A stretch of 64,000 bases of DNA from an uncultured Candidatus Rokubacteria bacterium (lineage in GTDB: Bacteria; Methylomirabilota; Methylomirabilia; Rokubacteriales; CSP1-6), in NCBI GenBank assembly GCA_963771355.1, contig CAVYTA010000006.1:352001-416000 (forward strand), read 5' to 3'. How positions within the stretch are numbered: position 1 is the first letter of the stretch; each line of letters starts with the position of its first letter. A model generated the notes under the pieces. That model saw nothing but the letters and a program-made list of their open reading frames with translations. It made no database searches and had not been told where the DNA came from. The translations under genes were made by a program, and so were the position numbers. This document shows positions 29,582 through 40,799 of the stretch, one piece after another.

Positions 29582-30792
29582 CGCGCATTCTCGGTCTCTC
29601 CCTTCTGCGTCTCGGCGAGTTCCGCCGGCTCTCGGCCGGCATGCTGCTGAGCTCGGTGGGGATGATGGGCGAGGTGGTGGTCCTGGGCTGGCTCGCGCTC
29701 GAGCTGACGGACTCACCCTTCTTCGTGGGGCTCGCCATGAGCGCGCGCGCCCTGCCGCTCTTCTTCGTGGGCGCGCCCGCCGGCGTCCTCGCCGATCGCG
29801 TGCCGCGCCACCAGCTCCTGGTGGCCACCGGCGTGGGCCAGGCCCTCGCCACCGCGACCCTGGGCAGCCTCACGCTCGCCGGCCGGATCACCTTCACGCA
29901 CCTCTTTCTCTTCACCCTGGCCTCGGGCGTGCTCCGCGGCGTGGAGCACGCGGCGCGCCAGAGCTACACGCACGACGTGGCGGGCGCCGAAGGGCTGGTG
30001 CGGGGCCTCGCCATCCAGGGCCTGGCCATGCGCTGCGGGTGGTTCGCGGGCTCGCTCGGCGCGGGCGCCATCATCGCGGGCCTGGGACCCGGGCCGGCCT
30101 ATATCGGCGTGGGAGTCGCCTACCTGGTGGGGACCCTGCCGCTGCTCGGCGCCTCGCCGCCCGCGCGCACCGCGCCGCCCGAGCGCGAGTCCCTCTGGCG
30201 GGCCGTCGGCGAGTTCCTCGACGGGGTGCGGAAGGACCGGACCCTGCTCGTGATCATGATCCTCACCGCGGGCGCGGAGGTGCTGGGCTTCTCGCATCAG
30301 GCGCTCCTGCCCAGCCTGGCCCGCGACGTGCTCCACACCGGGCCCGAGGGGCTGGGGGTGCTGAACGGCGCGCGCTCGGTGGGTGGGTTCGTCGGCCTGG
30401 TCGCGTCGATGGGCGGCGCGCCGCGAGGCGGCGGCACCCTCTTCCTGGCTATCCTCGTCAGCTTCGGGGCCAGCGTGATCGCGCTGGGACTCTCCCCGTT
30501 TCTCGTCGGCTTCGGCGGCGTGGTCATGGTGCTGCTCGTCACCAATGCCGCGGGGGCCATCGCCGATCTCCTCGCGCAGAGCCTCCTCCAGCGGAGCGTC
30601 CCCGCGCATCTCCGCGGGCGCGCCGGCGGCGCGTGGGTGGTGGCCATCGGCCTCGCGCCGCTGGGCCAGATGCAGATCGGCGGCCTGGCCTCGCTGTTCG
30701 GCGTCAGCGCGGCGCTGGGCGCGAGCGGGCTCGCGCTGGTCGCGCTGGTGGCCGCGACCGCGCTCGCCTATCCGCGCCTGCGCCGGCTCTGA
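29578..30792 (+). CDS. MFS transporter (MFS_3/EntS-like)
   Basis: GVLADRVPR, VPAHLRGRAGG, multiple TM segments. Start uncertain: CTG 29578 overlapping the upstream stop, or ATG 29641. Confidence 0.82.
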   Translation: MTRILGLSLLRLGEFRRLSAGMLLSSVGMMGEVVVLGWLALELTDSPFFVGLAMSARALPLFFVGAPAGVLADRVPRHQLLVATGVGQALATATLGSLTLAGRITFTHLFLFTLASGVLRGVEHAARQSYTHDVAGAEGLVRGLAIQGLAMRCGWFAGSLGAGAIIAGLGPGPAYIGVGVAYLVGTLPLLGASPPARTAPPERESLWRAVGEFLDGVRKDRTLLVIMILTAGAEVLGFSHQALLPSLARDVLHTGPEGLGVLNGARSVGGFVGLVASMGGAPRGGGTLFLAILVSFGASVIALGLSPFLVGFGGVVMVLLVTNAAGAIADLLAQSLLQRSVPAHLRGRAGGAWVVAIGLAPLGQMQIGGLASLFGVSAALGASGLALVALVAATALAYPRLRRL

Positions 30793-30821
30793 CCTTCGCT
30801 CGCCGCGGGGGCGAGAGCAGA

Positions 30822-31979
30822 TCAGCCGATCGCGCGCTCGAGGCGCCGGGCGGCCTCGACGCAGCCCGGCCGGTCGGGCCGCTCCAGTGCCAGATCCCGC
30901 GGCGTCTTGCCGTCCCCGTCTCGCTGCCGCGGATCCGCGCCGGACTCCAGCAAGAGGTCCACGATCTCGGCGTGACCCTCCCGCGCCGCCTCGTGCAGCG
31001 GCGCGCCCCGGCCGTCGAGGATACCGGCCAGCGCGCGGTCCGCGGCCAGACGCTGGCGCACCTTCGCCGTCCAACCCCAGCTCGCCGGGAGGCAGATGCC
31101 GAAAGCCCGAGGCGTGCACCGGAGAAAGCCGTCCCGGGCCGTGGGATCAGCGCCCGCACGGAGGAGGAGGTCCACTGCCGCGCGTGAGCCACTCCAGTAG
31201 GCCCAGTGCAACGCGGTGCCGCCCAGGAAGGCGCGGAAGCCGAGATCGGGCGAGCGGGTGAGCAGGTGCGCGACGACCTCGTCCTGACCATTACGGGAGG
31301 CGAGGTAAAGCGCGTCAGAGATGACTTCTCGGTCGGTGCCGGGGGGGCAGGGAAGGCGCGTGCCGTCCGCGGCATAGCGCGAGCTGCCGGTGCGTGAGGC
31401 ACCGGGGCGGAGCCGGCCGTCGGCATCGAAGAAGGCGCTGACGCGGGCCACCTCCCCCAGGCCCGCCGCGCAGAAGAGGTCGGGCTCCACGCCGCCGCGG
31501 AGGAGGGCGTGCGCGGCGTCCAGGGCGCCCGTGGTCAGCGCCCAGGACAGCGGCGTGTGCGCGGAGTGCGCATAGGGCCGCTGCGGGTCGGCGCCCCGTG
31601 CAAGCAGGAGCGCCACGATGCCGGGCTGGTTCCACTCCGCCGCCTGAAGGAGCGGGGTGCTGCCGTCCGCGTCCCTCGCCTGCGCGAGTGGCGGATCAGC
31701 CGTGAGCATGGCTTGAACCGCGGGCTCGTCGCCGCGCTTGATGGCGTCGAAGAGTGTCGGAATCGTCTCGGCGGGCCGGGAGGGTTCGTGTCCGTGTGTG
31801 GCTTCGAGCACAGTGAGCCGGGTCCGCAATGCGCGCCAGCTCGGGAAGCCGTGCTCGCGGGCCACCGCGAGCTGCGCGTCGGCGAGTCTGGCGGTCGGAT
31901 CGGCCCGGCGGAGGGCCGGCAGCCGGTCCTTGGCGAGCTTCTTGAGGTACTCGAGGCTGGGACGTTCGGGCAGCGACAT
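30822..31979 (-). CDS. Ankyrin-repeat protein with N-terminal helical 'LPERPSLEYLKK...AREHGFPSW' domain
   Basis: Ankyrin motifs GSTPLLQAA, HTPLSWA, GGTALHWA, GAPLHEAA, GKTPRDLA. Confidence 0.9.
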   Translation of the reverse strand: MSLPERPSLEYLKKLAKDRLPALRRADPTARLADAQLAVAREHGFPSWRALRTRLTVLEATHGHEPSRPAETIPTLFDAIKRGDEPAVQAMLTADPPLAQARDADGSTPLLQAAEWNQPGIVALLLARGADPQRPYAHSAHTPLSWALTTGALDAAHALLRGGVEPDLFCAAGLGEVARVSAFFDADGRLRPGASRTGSSRYAADGTRLPCPPGTDREVISDALYLASRNGQDEVVAHLLTRSPDLGFRAFLGGTALHWAYWSGSRAAVDLLLRAGADPTARDGFLRCTPRAFGICLPASWGWTAKVRQRLAADRALAGILDGRGAPLHEAAREGHAEIVDLLLESGADPRQRDGDGKTPRDLALERPDRPGCVEAARRLERAIG

Positions 31980-32100
31980 GACGCACCATCCTTCCCTATG
32001 CCCGGTGTCCGCGGTTACGGGCGGAAGGTGGTGAACGGCGCCTCACATGACAGGTGGGTTCAACCCTTCACGCGGACCGTGAGCCGCCTGGACGGCTACG
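31980..32100 (-). promoter_or_regulatory. Candidate structured cis-regulatory RNA leader (riboswitch/attenuator-like) of the ankyrin gene
   Basis: GUCCGCG/CGCGGAC stem (32077-71 with 32013-07) and GAAGG/CCUUC stem; a competing 11-bp anti-SD helix covers the SD (see findings). Confidence 0.55.
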
Positions 32101-32107
32101 GCCGAGT

Positions 32108-33406
32108 CTACTTCATCATGCGGGGCAGCCACAACGAGATGATGGGGAAGGCGACCAGGATGGCGAGGCGGATGACGTCGGCCCACACGAAGGGCATCAC
32201 GCCCCGGAACACGGTGGCGGTGGAGACCTGGGGCAGCAAGGTCTTGAGCACGAACATGTTCATGCCCACCGGGGGGCTGATGAGGCCGATCTCCACCACG
32301 CACACGATGATGATGCCGAACCAGACGGGGTCCAGCCCCAGGTGCACGACGAGGGGGAAGAACACCGGCATGGTGAGGAGCACCATGGACAGCTCCTCCA
32401 TGGCGGTGCCGAGCACCACGTAAATGGCGCAGATGGCCGCCACCACCATCAGGGGACTGAGCCCCAGGCGGGTGACCAGGTTCTTGAGGTCGGCGGGCAT
32501 GCTGGTGATGTTCACGAACTCCGCGAACATGAGCGCTCCGATGAGGATGAGGAAGAGCATGGAGGTGGTGCGGGCGCTCTCGAGGAGCGCGGCGTAGAGC
32601 GTCTTCCAGGTGAGCGCGCGGCGCCAGCCCGCGAAGGCCAGCGCGCCCATTGCCCCCATGCCCGCGCCCTCGGTGGCGGTGAAGAGCCCGCCGTAGATGC
32701 CGCCCATCACGAAGAGGAAGAGCGCGGCCACGCCCCAGACGTCCTTGAGCGCGAGCCAGCGCTCGCCCCAGGACGACCGGGGGCCGGGCGGGCCCCAGCT
32801 GGGGTGGCGCCAGGTCGTGTAGACGATGGCCAGGCAGAGCAGCACCGCGCCCAGGATGCCGGGCAGCACGCCCGCCGCGAAGAGCTTGCCGATATTGGTC
32901 TCGGTGAAGACGCCGTAGATGATCATGATGGTCGAGGGCGGGATCATGATGCCGAGCGTGCCCGCGGCCGCCACCGTCCCGGCCGCGAGCTGATCCGAGT
33001 AGCCGAAGCGCTTCATGGACGGGTACGCCACCTTGGCCATGGTGGCCGCGGTGGCGATGGAGGAGCCGCAGATGCCGCCGAAGCCCGCCGAGGCCCAGAC
33101 GGTGGCCATGGCCAGGCCGCCGCGCAGGTGCCCGATGAAGGCATACGCGGCGCGGAAGAGCTCCTGGGACATGCCGGCGCGGGTGACCAGGTTGCCCATG
33201 AGGATGAACAGCGGCACCACCGACAGCGTGTAGTTCCGTCCCGTCTCGTAGATCTTGGTCTGGACCATGGCACCGGCCACCGTCCAGTTCCAGTCGCGCA
33301 TGTAGGCGTACCCGATGATGCCGACCAGCCCCATGGCGAACGAGATGGGGATCCGCACGAAGGCCAGCACCATCATCAGGAGCAGCCCCAGCAGCCCCTC
33401 GATCAT
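32108..33406 (-). CDS. dctM: TRAP transporter large permease
   Basis: VPLFILMG, GGICGSSIATAAT, GTLGIMIPPS, EIGLISPPVGMN. Confidence 0.93.
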   Translation of the reverse strand: MIEGLLGLLLMMVLAFVRIPISFAMGLVGIIGYAYMRDWNWTVAGAMVQTKIYETGRNYTLSVVPLFILMGNLVTRAGMSQELFRAAYAFIGHLRGGLAMATVWASAGFGGICGSSIATAATMAKVAYPSMKRFGYSDQLAAGTVAAAGTLGIMIPPSTIMIIYGVFTETNIGKLFAAGVLPGILGAVLLCLAIVYTTWRHPSWGPPGPRSSWGERWLALKDVWGVAALFLFVMGGIYGGLFTATEGAGMGAMGALAFAGWRRALTWKTLYAALLESARTTSMLFLILIGALMFAEFVNITSMPADLKNLVTRLGLSPLMVVAAICAIYVVLGTAMEELSMVLLTMPVFFPLVVHLGLDPVWFGIIIVCVVEIGLISPPVGMNMFVLKTLLPQVSTATVFRGVMPFVWADVIRLAILVAFPIISLWLPRMMK

Positions 33407-33882
33407 CTATGAGGCGCCATCGCGCGCCAGAGGTGGATGACGGCGGCCAGCCCGATCATCGCCGCCATGAAGTACACGAAGGGGCCGTAGACAATCCGCA
33501 GCACGTCGGTCGAATCGCGATAGCCCCAGATCTTGTCCGCCTTGAGCCAGGTCAACCAGGCCAGCGCCCCCATCATGACCGCGGAGCCGAGGTTCACCGC
33601 ACGCTCGAGCCAGCCCTGCCGGCGGGGCCCGAGCAGGCGGTCGATGAAGTCCATCAGCGCGTGCTCGTTGGTGAAGGACACCAGCGGCAGCCCCGCGAAG
33701 ATGAGCACCAGCAGGAGCAGCTCGGTGACCTCGAAGGCCCCTCGCACCGGGCGGTTCAGGACATAGCGCGCCACCACGTCCACGAAGGTGAGGAGCATCA
33801 TGGCCAGGAGGATGATGGAGGCGGCGACGCCGAGAAGGCCCTCGACGCGCCGCTCCCAGACGGGCGCGGAGTCGGTCACCAC
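33403..33882 (-). CDS. dctQ: TRAP transporter small permease
   Basis: Four TM segments, DVVARYVLNRPVRGAFE; ATGA overlap with dctM. Confidence 0.9.
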   Translation of the reverse strand: MVTDSAPVWERRVEGLLGVAASIILLAMMLLTFVDVVARYVLNRPVRGAFEVTELLLLVLIFAGLPLVSFTNEHALMDFIDRLLGPRRQGWLERAVNLGSAVMMGALAWLTWLKADKIWGYRDSTDVLRIVYGPFVYFMAAMIGLAAVIHLWRAMAPHR

Positions 33883-33898
33883 CCGCGCCCGGCGACCG

Positions 33899-34921
33899 TC
33901 ACTGGCCGGCGGCGACCTTCTTCAGCTCCGCGCGAAACTCGGCGAGGATCCGGGCCGCGTCCACGCCCTTGGCATTCGCCTTGGTGATCCAGTCCTCCTC
34001 GATGGGGGCGGACCGCTTCTTCACCTCGGCGACGAAGGCGGGGTCGGCGCTGACGATCTTGACGCCGGACTTCTGCAGCGCCTCCAGCCCCTTCTTGTCC
34101 GCCTCGTCCCAGGACCGGCCGGCGAGGCGCGCGATGTGCTCGCCGGAGATCCGGCTGATGGCGTCCTGGTCCTGCTTGGGGAGCTTGTTCCACTTGTCCT
34201 CGTTCATGAAGAAGCCGAAGGCGGAGCTGTACATGCCGCCCGGGAAGAGCGTGGCCTGCTCCAGCACGGACTCCAGCTTGAAGGAGACGATGGACTCCAT
34301 GGGGAAGAACACGCCGTCGGCCACCCCGCCCTTGAGGAGCTCGTAGGACTCCGGCGCGGGCTTCACGAAGGCCGAGGCGCCGAGCGCCTTGGCCACCGCT
34401 TCCGCCACGCCGCCGCCGGTGCGGATCTTCAGTCCCTGCACGTCGTTGATGCCGGTGACCGGCCGCTTGGTGAACATCTGCCCGGGTCCATGCGTGAACA
34501 CGCCCAGAAGCTTGACGCCCTTGTACTCGCCCACCTTGTCGAAGTGCTTCCAGTGGATGCGCGAGAAGGCCACCGAGTTGACGAGCGCGGTGTCACCCGC
34601 GCCGGGGAGCTCGGCCATCAACGGCAGAATGTGGCGCGAGGGCGTGTAGCTCGCGGTCACATAGGAGAGGTCCACCAGGCCGTCGCGGACGGCGTCGAAG
34701 GTGCCCGGAGGCGCCGAGGGGTGCTTGGGCAGCATGGTGAGCTTCACCCGGCCGTTGGTGACCTTCTCGACCTCGTTGGCCCAGCCCTGCAACACCACGC
34801 TGGTCAGGTGATGCTGGGGCGAGACCCACGAGGACATGGTAAGGGTGGTGGTCTGGGCAAGGACCGGCGGGGCGGCGGCGAGGAGCCAACCGGCCATCGC
34901 GGCGAGCACGATTCGGGTCAT
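33899..34921 (-). CDS. dctP: TRAP transporter substrate-binding protein
   Basis: Signal peptide from ATG 34921 (GGAGG SD); DVQGLKIRTGG, ESYELLKGGVADG, MNEDKWNKLP. Confidence 0.92.
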   Translation of the reverse strand: MTRIVLAAMAGWLLAAAPPVLAQTTTLTMSSWVSPQHHLTSVVLQGWANEVEKVTNGRVKLTMLPKHPSAPPGTFDAVRDGLVDLSYVTASYTPSRHILPLMAELPGAGDTALVNSVAFSRIHWKHFDKVGEYKGVKLLGVFTHGPGQMFTKRPVTGINDVQGLKIRTGGGVAEAVAKALGASAFVKPAPESYELLKGGVADGVFFPMESIVSFKLESVLEQATLFPGGMYSSAFGFFMNEDKWNKLPKQDQDAISRISGEHIARLAGRSWDEADKKGLEALQKSGVKIVSADPAFVAEVKKRSAPIEEDWITKANAKGVDAARILAEFRAELKKVAAGQ

Positions 34922-34975
34922 GGGGGCCTCCCGAGGCGGGCGCGACGGCCCGCCGTCGGCGGGTAGTGTAACATC

Positions 34976-35021
34976 CCGGAGACGGCGGGCCGGAGACGGC
35001 GGGCCGGAGACGGCGGGCCGG
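34976..35021. repeat. Perfect 14-bp tandem repeat (CCGGAGACGGCGGG x3 + CCGG)
   Basis: Copies at 34976-34989, 34990-35003 and 35004-35017, in the divergent dctP/PEP-mutase intergenic region. Confidence 0.95.
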
Positions 35022-35040
35022 GACCAGGGGGACGACACGG

Positions 35041-35874
35041 ATGCCCACGCAGGCAGAGAAAGCGGCGACGTTCCGCGCGCTGCATGCGCGGCCCGGCGTG
35101 TTCATCATGCCCAATCCCTGGGATACGGGCACCGCGCGGCTCCTGGCGTCGCTGGGCTTCGAAGCCCTCGCGACCACCAGCCTGGGCGTGGCCAATAGCC
35201 TGGGCCGGCCGGATGGCACCGGCGCGGTGAGCCGCGCCGAGGTGATCGCGAACTGCCGCACCATCGCGGACGCCACCGACCTGCCGGTGAACGCCGACCT
35301 GGAGAACGGCTACGCCGACGAGCCGCGCGCGGCCGCCGAGATCATCCGGCTCGCCTCGGAGGCGGGCATGGTCGGAGGATCCATCGAGGACGCCACCGGC
35401 GATCCCGCGCGGCCCATCTACGACTTCACCCTGGCGGTGGAGCGGGTGCAGGCCGCGGTGGAGGTGGCGCGCGCGCTCCCCGTTCCCTTTCTGCTGACGG
35501 CGCGGGCCGAGAACCTCATCCACGGCCGGCTCGACCTGGACGATACGATCAAGCGGCTCCAGGCCTTCGAGGCGGCCGGCGCGGACGTCCTCTACGCGCC
35601 CGGGCTCCGGGACCTCACGACCATTCGCGCCGTGGTCTCGGCGGTGAGGCGGCCGGTGAACGTGGTCATGAGCCACATCGATCCTGCCCTCACCGCGGCC
35701 GAGCTGGCGGCGGCCGGCGTGAAGCGCATCAGCGTGGGCGGCTCGCTCTCGCGCCTGGCCCTGGCCGCCTTTCTCCGCGGTGCGCGCGAGATGAAGGACA
35801 CCGGCGGGTTCACGTGGGCCCGGGAGACGGTGACCGGCAAGGAGCTGAAAGGAATCTTCGCGCGATGGCAGTGA
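35041..35874 (+). CDS. Isocitrate lyase/PEP mutase family protein
   Basis: MPNPWDTGTAR, ALATTS, PVNADLENGY, GGSIED, LTARAEN, AGADVLYAPG. Confidence 0.92.
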   Translation: MPTQAEKAATFRALHARPGVFIMPNPWDTGTARLLASLGFEALATTSLGVANSLGRPDGTGAVSRAEVIANCRTIADATDLPVNADLENGYADEPRAAAEIIRLASEAGMVGGSIEDATGDPARPIYDFTLAVERVQAAVEVARALPVPFLLTARAENLIHGRLDLDDTIKRLQAFEAAGADVLYAPGLRDLTTIRAVVSAVRRPVNVVMSHIDPALTAAELAAAGVKRISVGGSLSRLALAAFLRGAREMKDTGGFTWARETVTGKELKGIFARWQ

Positions 35875-35884
35875 TCGCCGCACC

Positions 35885-38563
<2,679 letters not shown>

Positions 38564-38612
38564 GTGGGACGGACTCGAGCGCCGCGCGCCCGGTGGCGAA
38601 GGAGGGCGGCTC

Positions 38613-39626
38613 TCAGCGCGCGCCCGCCGCCAACCGCGCGCCCGCCACCATGGCGGCCAGCTTCGCCCGCGCCAGCGCTCGCGGCAAGTGCTTCATGCCG
38701 CAGTCGGGCGCCAGCACCAGCCGCGAGGCGGGGAGATGGGCGAGCGCGGCGTCGATCCGTCGCGCCACCGTGTCGGCGGACTCCGCCTCCGGTGAGCCCA
38801 GATCCAGCACCCCCAGGACCATGGTCTTGGACGGGAGGGCCGCGAGCACGGACGGGTCCAGCCCCGGTTGCGCGGCCTCGATCGAGATCTGATCCGCCGC
38901 GCAGCGGTCGAGCTCGGGCAGGAACGAGTAGCCGCTGGGCTTGTCCTTGACCGAAAAGGCGTAGCCGAAGCAGAGGTGCACCACGGTGGTCTTGCGCAGC
39001 CCCCGCAGCGCCCGGTCGATGGCCGGCACCGCGTAGGCGCGCGCCCGGTCCGGCTGGGCCTGCATGTATGGCTCGTCGAGCTGGAGCACGTCCACCAGGG
39101 GCTCGAGCTCGGCGAGCTCGGCATTGACGGCGTCGGCATAGGCCATGGCCAGGCGCTCCGGATCGCGGTAGTGCTCGTCCTGGGCGAGCTGGGTCATGGT
39201 GAAGGGGCCGGGGATGGTCACCTTGATCCGGCGCCGGGTGATAGCGCGGAGGAACCGGACGTCGTGCAGGAGCACGGGGCGCGCGCGGGCCACCGGGCCC
39301 ACGATCCGGGGCACCGCCTGCGGCTTGCCCACGCGGTTGATGGCGGTGCCGGGGGTGAGGGGATCCACGCCCTCCAGCGCGGTGGCGAACTGGTTGAAGT
39401 AGCTCTCGCGCCGCTGCTCGCCGTCGGTGACGATGTCCACGTCGGCGGCCTCCATGTCGGCCACGGCGAGGCGGACGGCGTCGTCCTGGGCCTCCTCGAG
39501 CAGCGGCTCGGCGACGCGCCACAGCTCACGCATGCGCACGCGCGGCACCGCGTTGGTCCGGAGCCGGTCGTGGTCCACCAGCCAGGGCGGCTGGGGATAG
39601 CTCCCCACCACCGTGGTGGTGAGCAT
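38613..39626 (-). CDS. Short (single-barrel) cobalamin-independent methionine synthase-like protein
   Basis: TTVVGSYPQP, TDGEQRRESY, LQLDEP; Zn ligands HLC...PDCG. Confidence 0.88.
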   Translation of the reverse strand: MLTTTVVGSYPQPPWLVDHDRLRTNAVPRVRMRELWRVAEPLLEEAQDDAVRLAVADMEAADVDIVTDGEQRRESYFNQFATALEGVDPLTPGTAINRVGKPQAVPRIVGPVARARPVLLHDVRFLRAITRRRIKVTIPGPFTMTQLAQDEHYRDPERLAMAYADAVNAELAELEPLVDVLQLDEPYMQAQPDRARAYAVPAIDRALRGLRKTTVVHLCFGYAFSVKDKPSGYSFLPELDRCAADQISIEAAQPGLDPSVLAALPSKTMVLGVLDLGSPEAESADTVARRIDAALAHLPASRLVLAPDCGMKHLPRALARAKLAAMVAGARLAAGAR

Positions 39627-40787
39627 CTAGGCGCGCGAGACGAAGGCGGGCATGACCTCCTTGGCGAACCAGGCCAGCTGCTCGACCATGGCCGCCTGGG
39701 GCGTGCCCATGCTGTTGCTGACGTGGACGTACTCGAGGCCGGGGAACTCCTGCTCCAGCGACTTGAGGTAGGCCACGAGCTCTTCCGGCGGACCCGCGAA
39801 CCAGGCGCCGACCTTGGTGTAGTCCTCGAGCTTCGGCACACCGCCCGCGTCCCAGCCGCCCCGCCGCGCCGCCGCCAGGTTCTGCTCCGGCGTCATGCCC
39901 GGCACGAAGCCCAGCGGTCCGAACATCTTCACGTGCTCCTCGTACCAGGGCGTGATCTCGCGGACCGCGCGCTCCCGCGACTCGGCCAGATGGTAGAAGA
40001 TGCCGAGGCTCAGCCCCTCGCCGAGACGGTAGTCGAGGCCTCCGCGCTGCGCGGCTTCCTGATAGGCGTAGATGGACCGCGAGGCCATGGTGGCGGCGCC
40101 GCCGCCGATCATGCCCCGGATGCGGTGCTTGACCATGAAGTCCAGCCCGCGGGCGCCCGCACTCACGATGGGCTGCCAGCACTCCACCGGCTGGTGAATC
40201 GGTCGCGGCACCAGGGTGATCTCCTTGAGCTCGTACCCGCGGTAGGGCACCGGCGGGGGCAGGGTGTAGTGCTGCCCCTGGTGAGAGAACGACTCCGACC
40301 GGAAGGCCTTCATGATGACGTCCACCTGCTCCTCGAAGAGCGCGCGGTTGGCCTCGGCGTCCCGCATGGGGCTGCCGAAGGTCTCCACCTCGCGGGTGTG
40401 GTAGCCGCGGCCCACGCCGAAGATGCACCGCCCGCCGGTGAGGATGTCGGCGGTGGCGAAATCCTCTGCGAGGCGGAGGGGATGCCACATGGGGGTGATG
40501 TTGAAGCCGCAGCCGATGCGGAGCCGGGTGGTGAGGTGCGACAGATGCACCGCCGCCATCATGATGTTGGGAATGCACTCGTAGCCCTCGTGCTGGAAGT
40601 GGTGCTCGGCCAGCCAGAGGGCGTGGTAGCCATGGTCGTCCATGCAGCGCGCGATGGCCTCCGCCTTGGTGAACACCGAGGCCAGGTGGTCGTTGGAGTA
40701 GCGGCGCGCGTTGGCGGGGGTGGCCTGCTGACCCATGTCGCCCAGATCCACGTGGCCGGCGTAGACCGTCGAGAACTTGGTGATCAT
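39627..40787 (-). CDS. LLM-class flavin-dependent oxidoreductase
   Basis: LWLAEHHFQHEG, WHPLRLAED, FGVGRGYH. Confidence 0.9.
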   Translation of the reverse strand: MITKFSTVYAGHVDLGDMGQQATPANARRYSNDHLASVFTKAEAIARCMDDHGYHALWLAEHHFQHEGYECIPNIMMAAVHLSHLTTRLRIGCGFNITPMWHPLRLAEDFATADILTGGRCIFGVGRGYHTREVETFGSPMRDAEANRALFEEQVDVIMKAFRSESFSHQGQHYTLPPPVPYRGYELKEITLVPRPIHQPVECWQPIVSAGARGLDFMVKHRIRGMIGGGAATMASRSIYAYQEAAQRGGLDYRLGEGLSLGIFYHLAESRERAVREITPWYEEHVKMFGPLGFVPGMTPEQNLAAARRGGWDAGGVPKLEDYTKVGAWFAGPPEELVAYLKSLEQEFPGLEYVHVSNSMGTPQAAMVEQLAWFAKEVMPAFVSRA

Positions 40788-40799
40788 GTCGCGTCTCCG

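Noticed and set aside
34976..35021. Short repeats here and at 60977-61027 as a CRISPR array
   Set aside because: Units are too short, there are no 25-45-nt unique spacers, and no cas genes are present.
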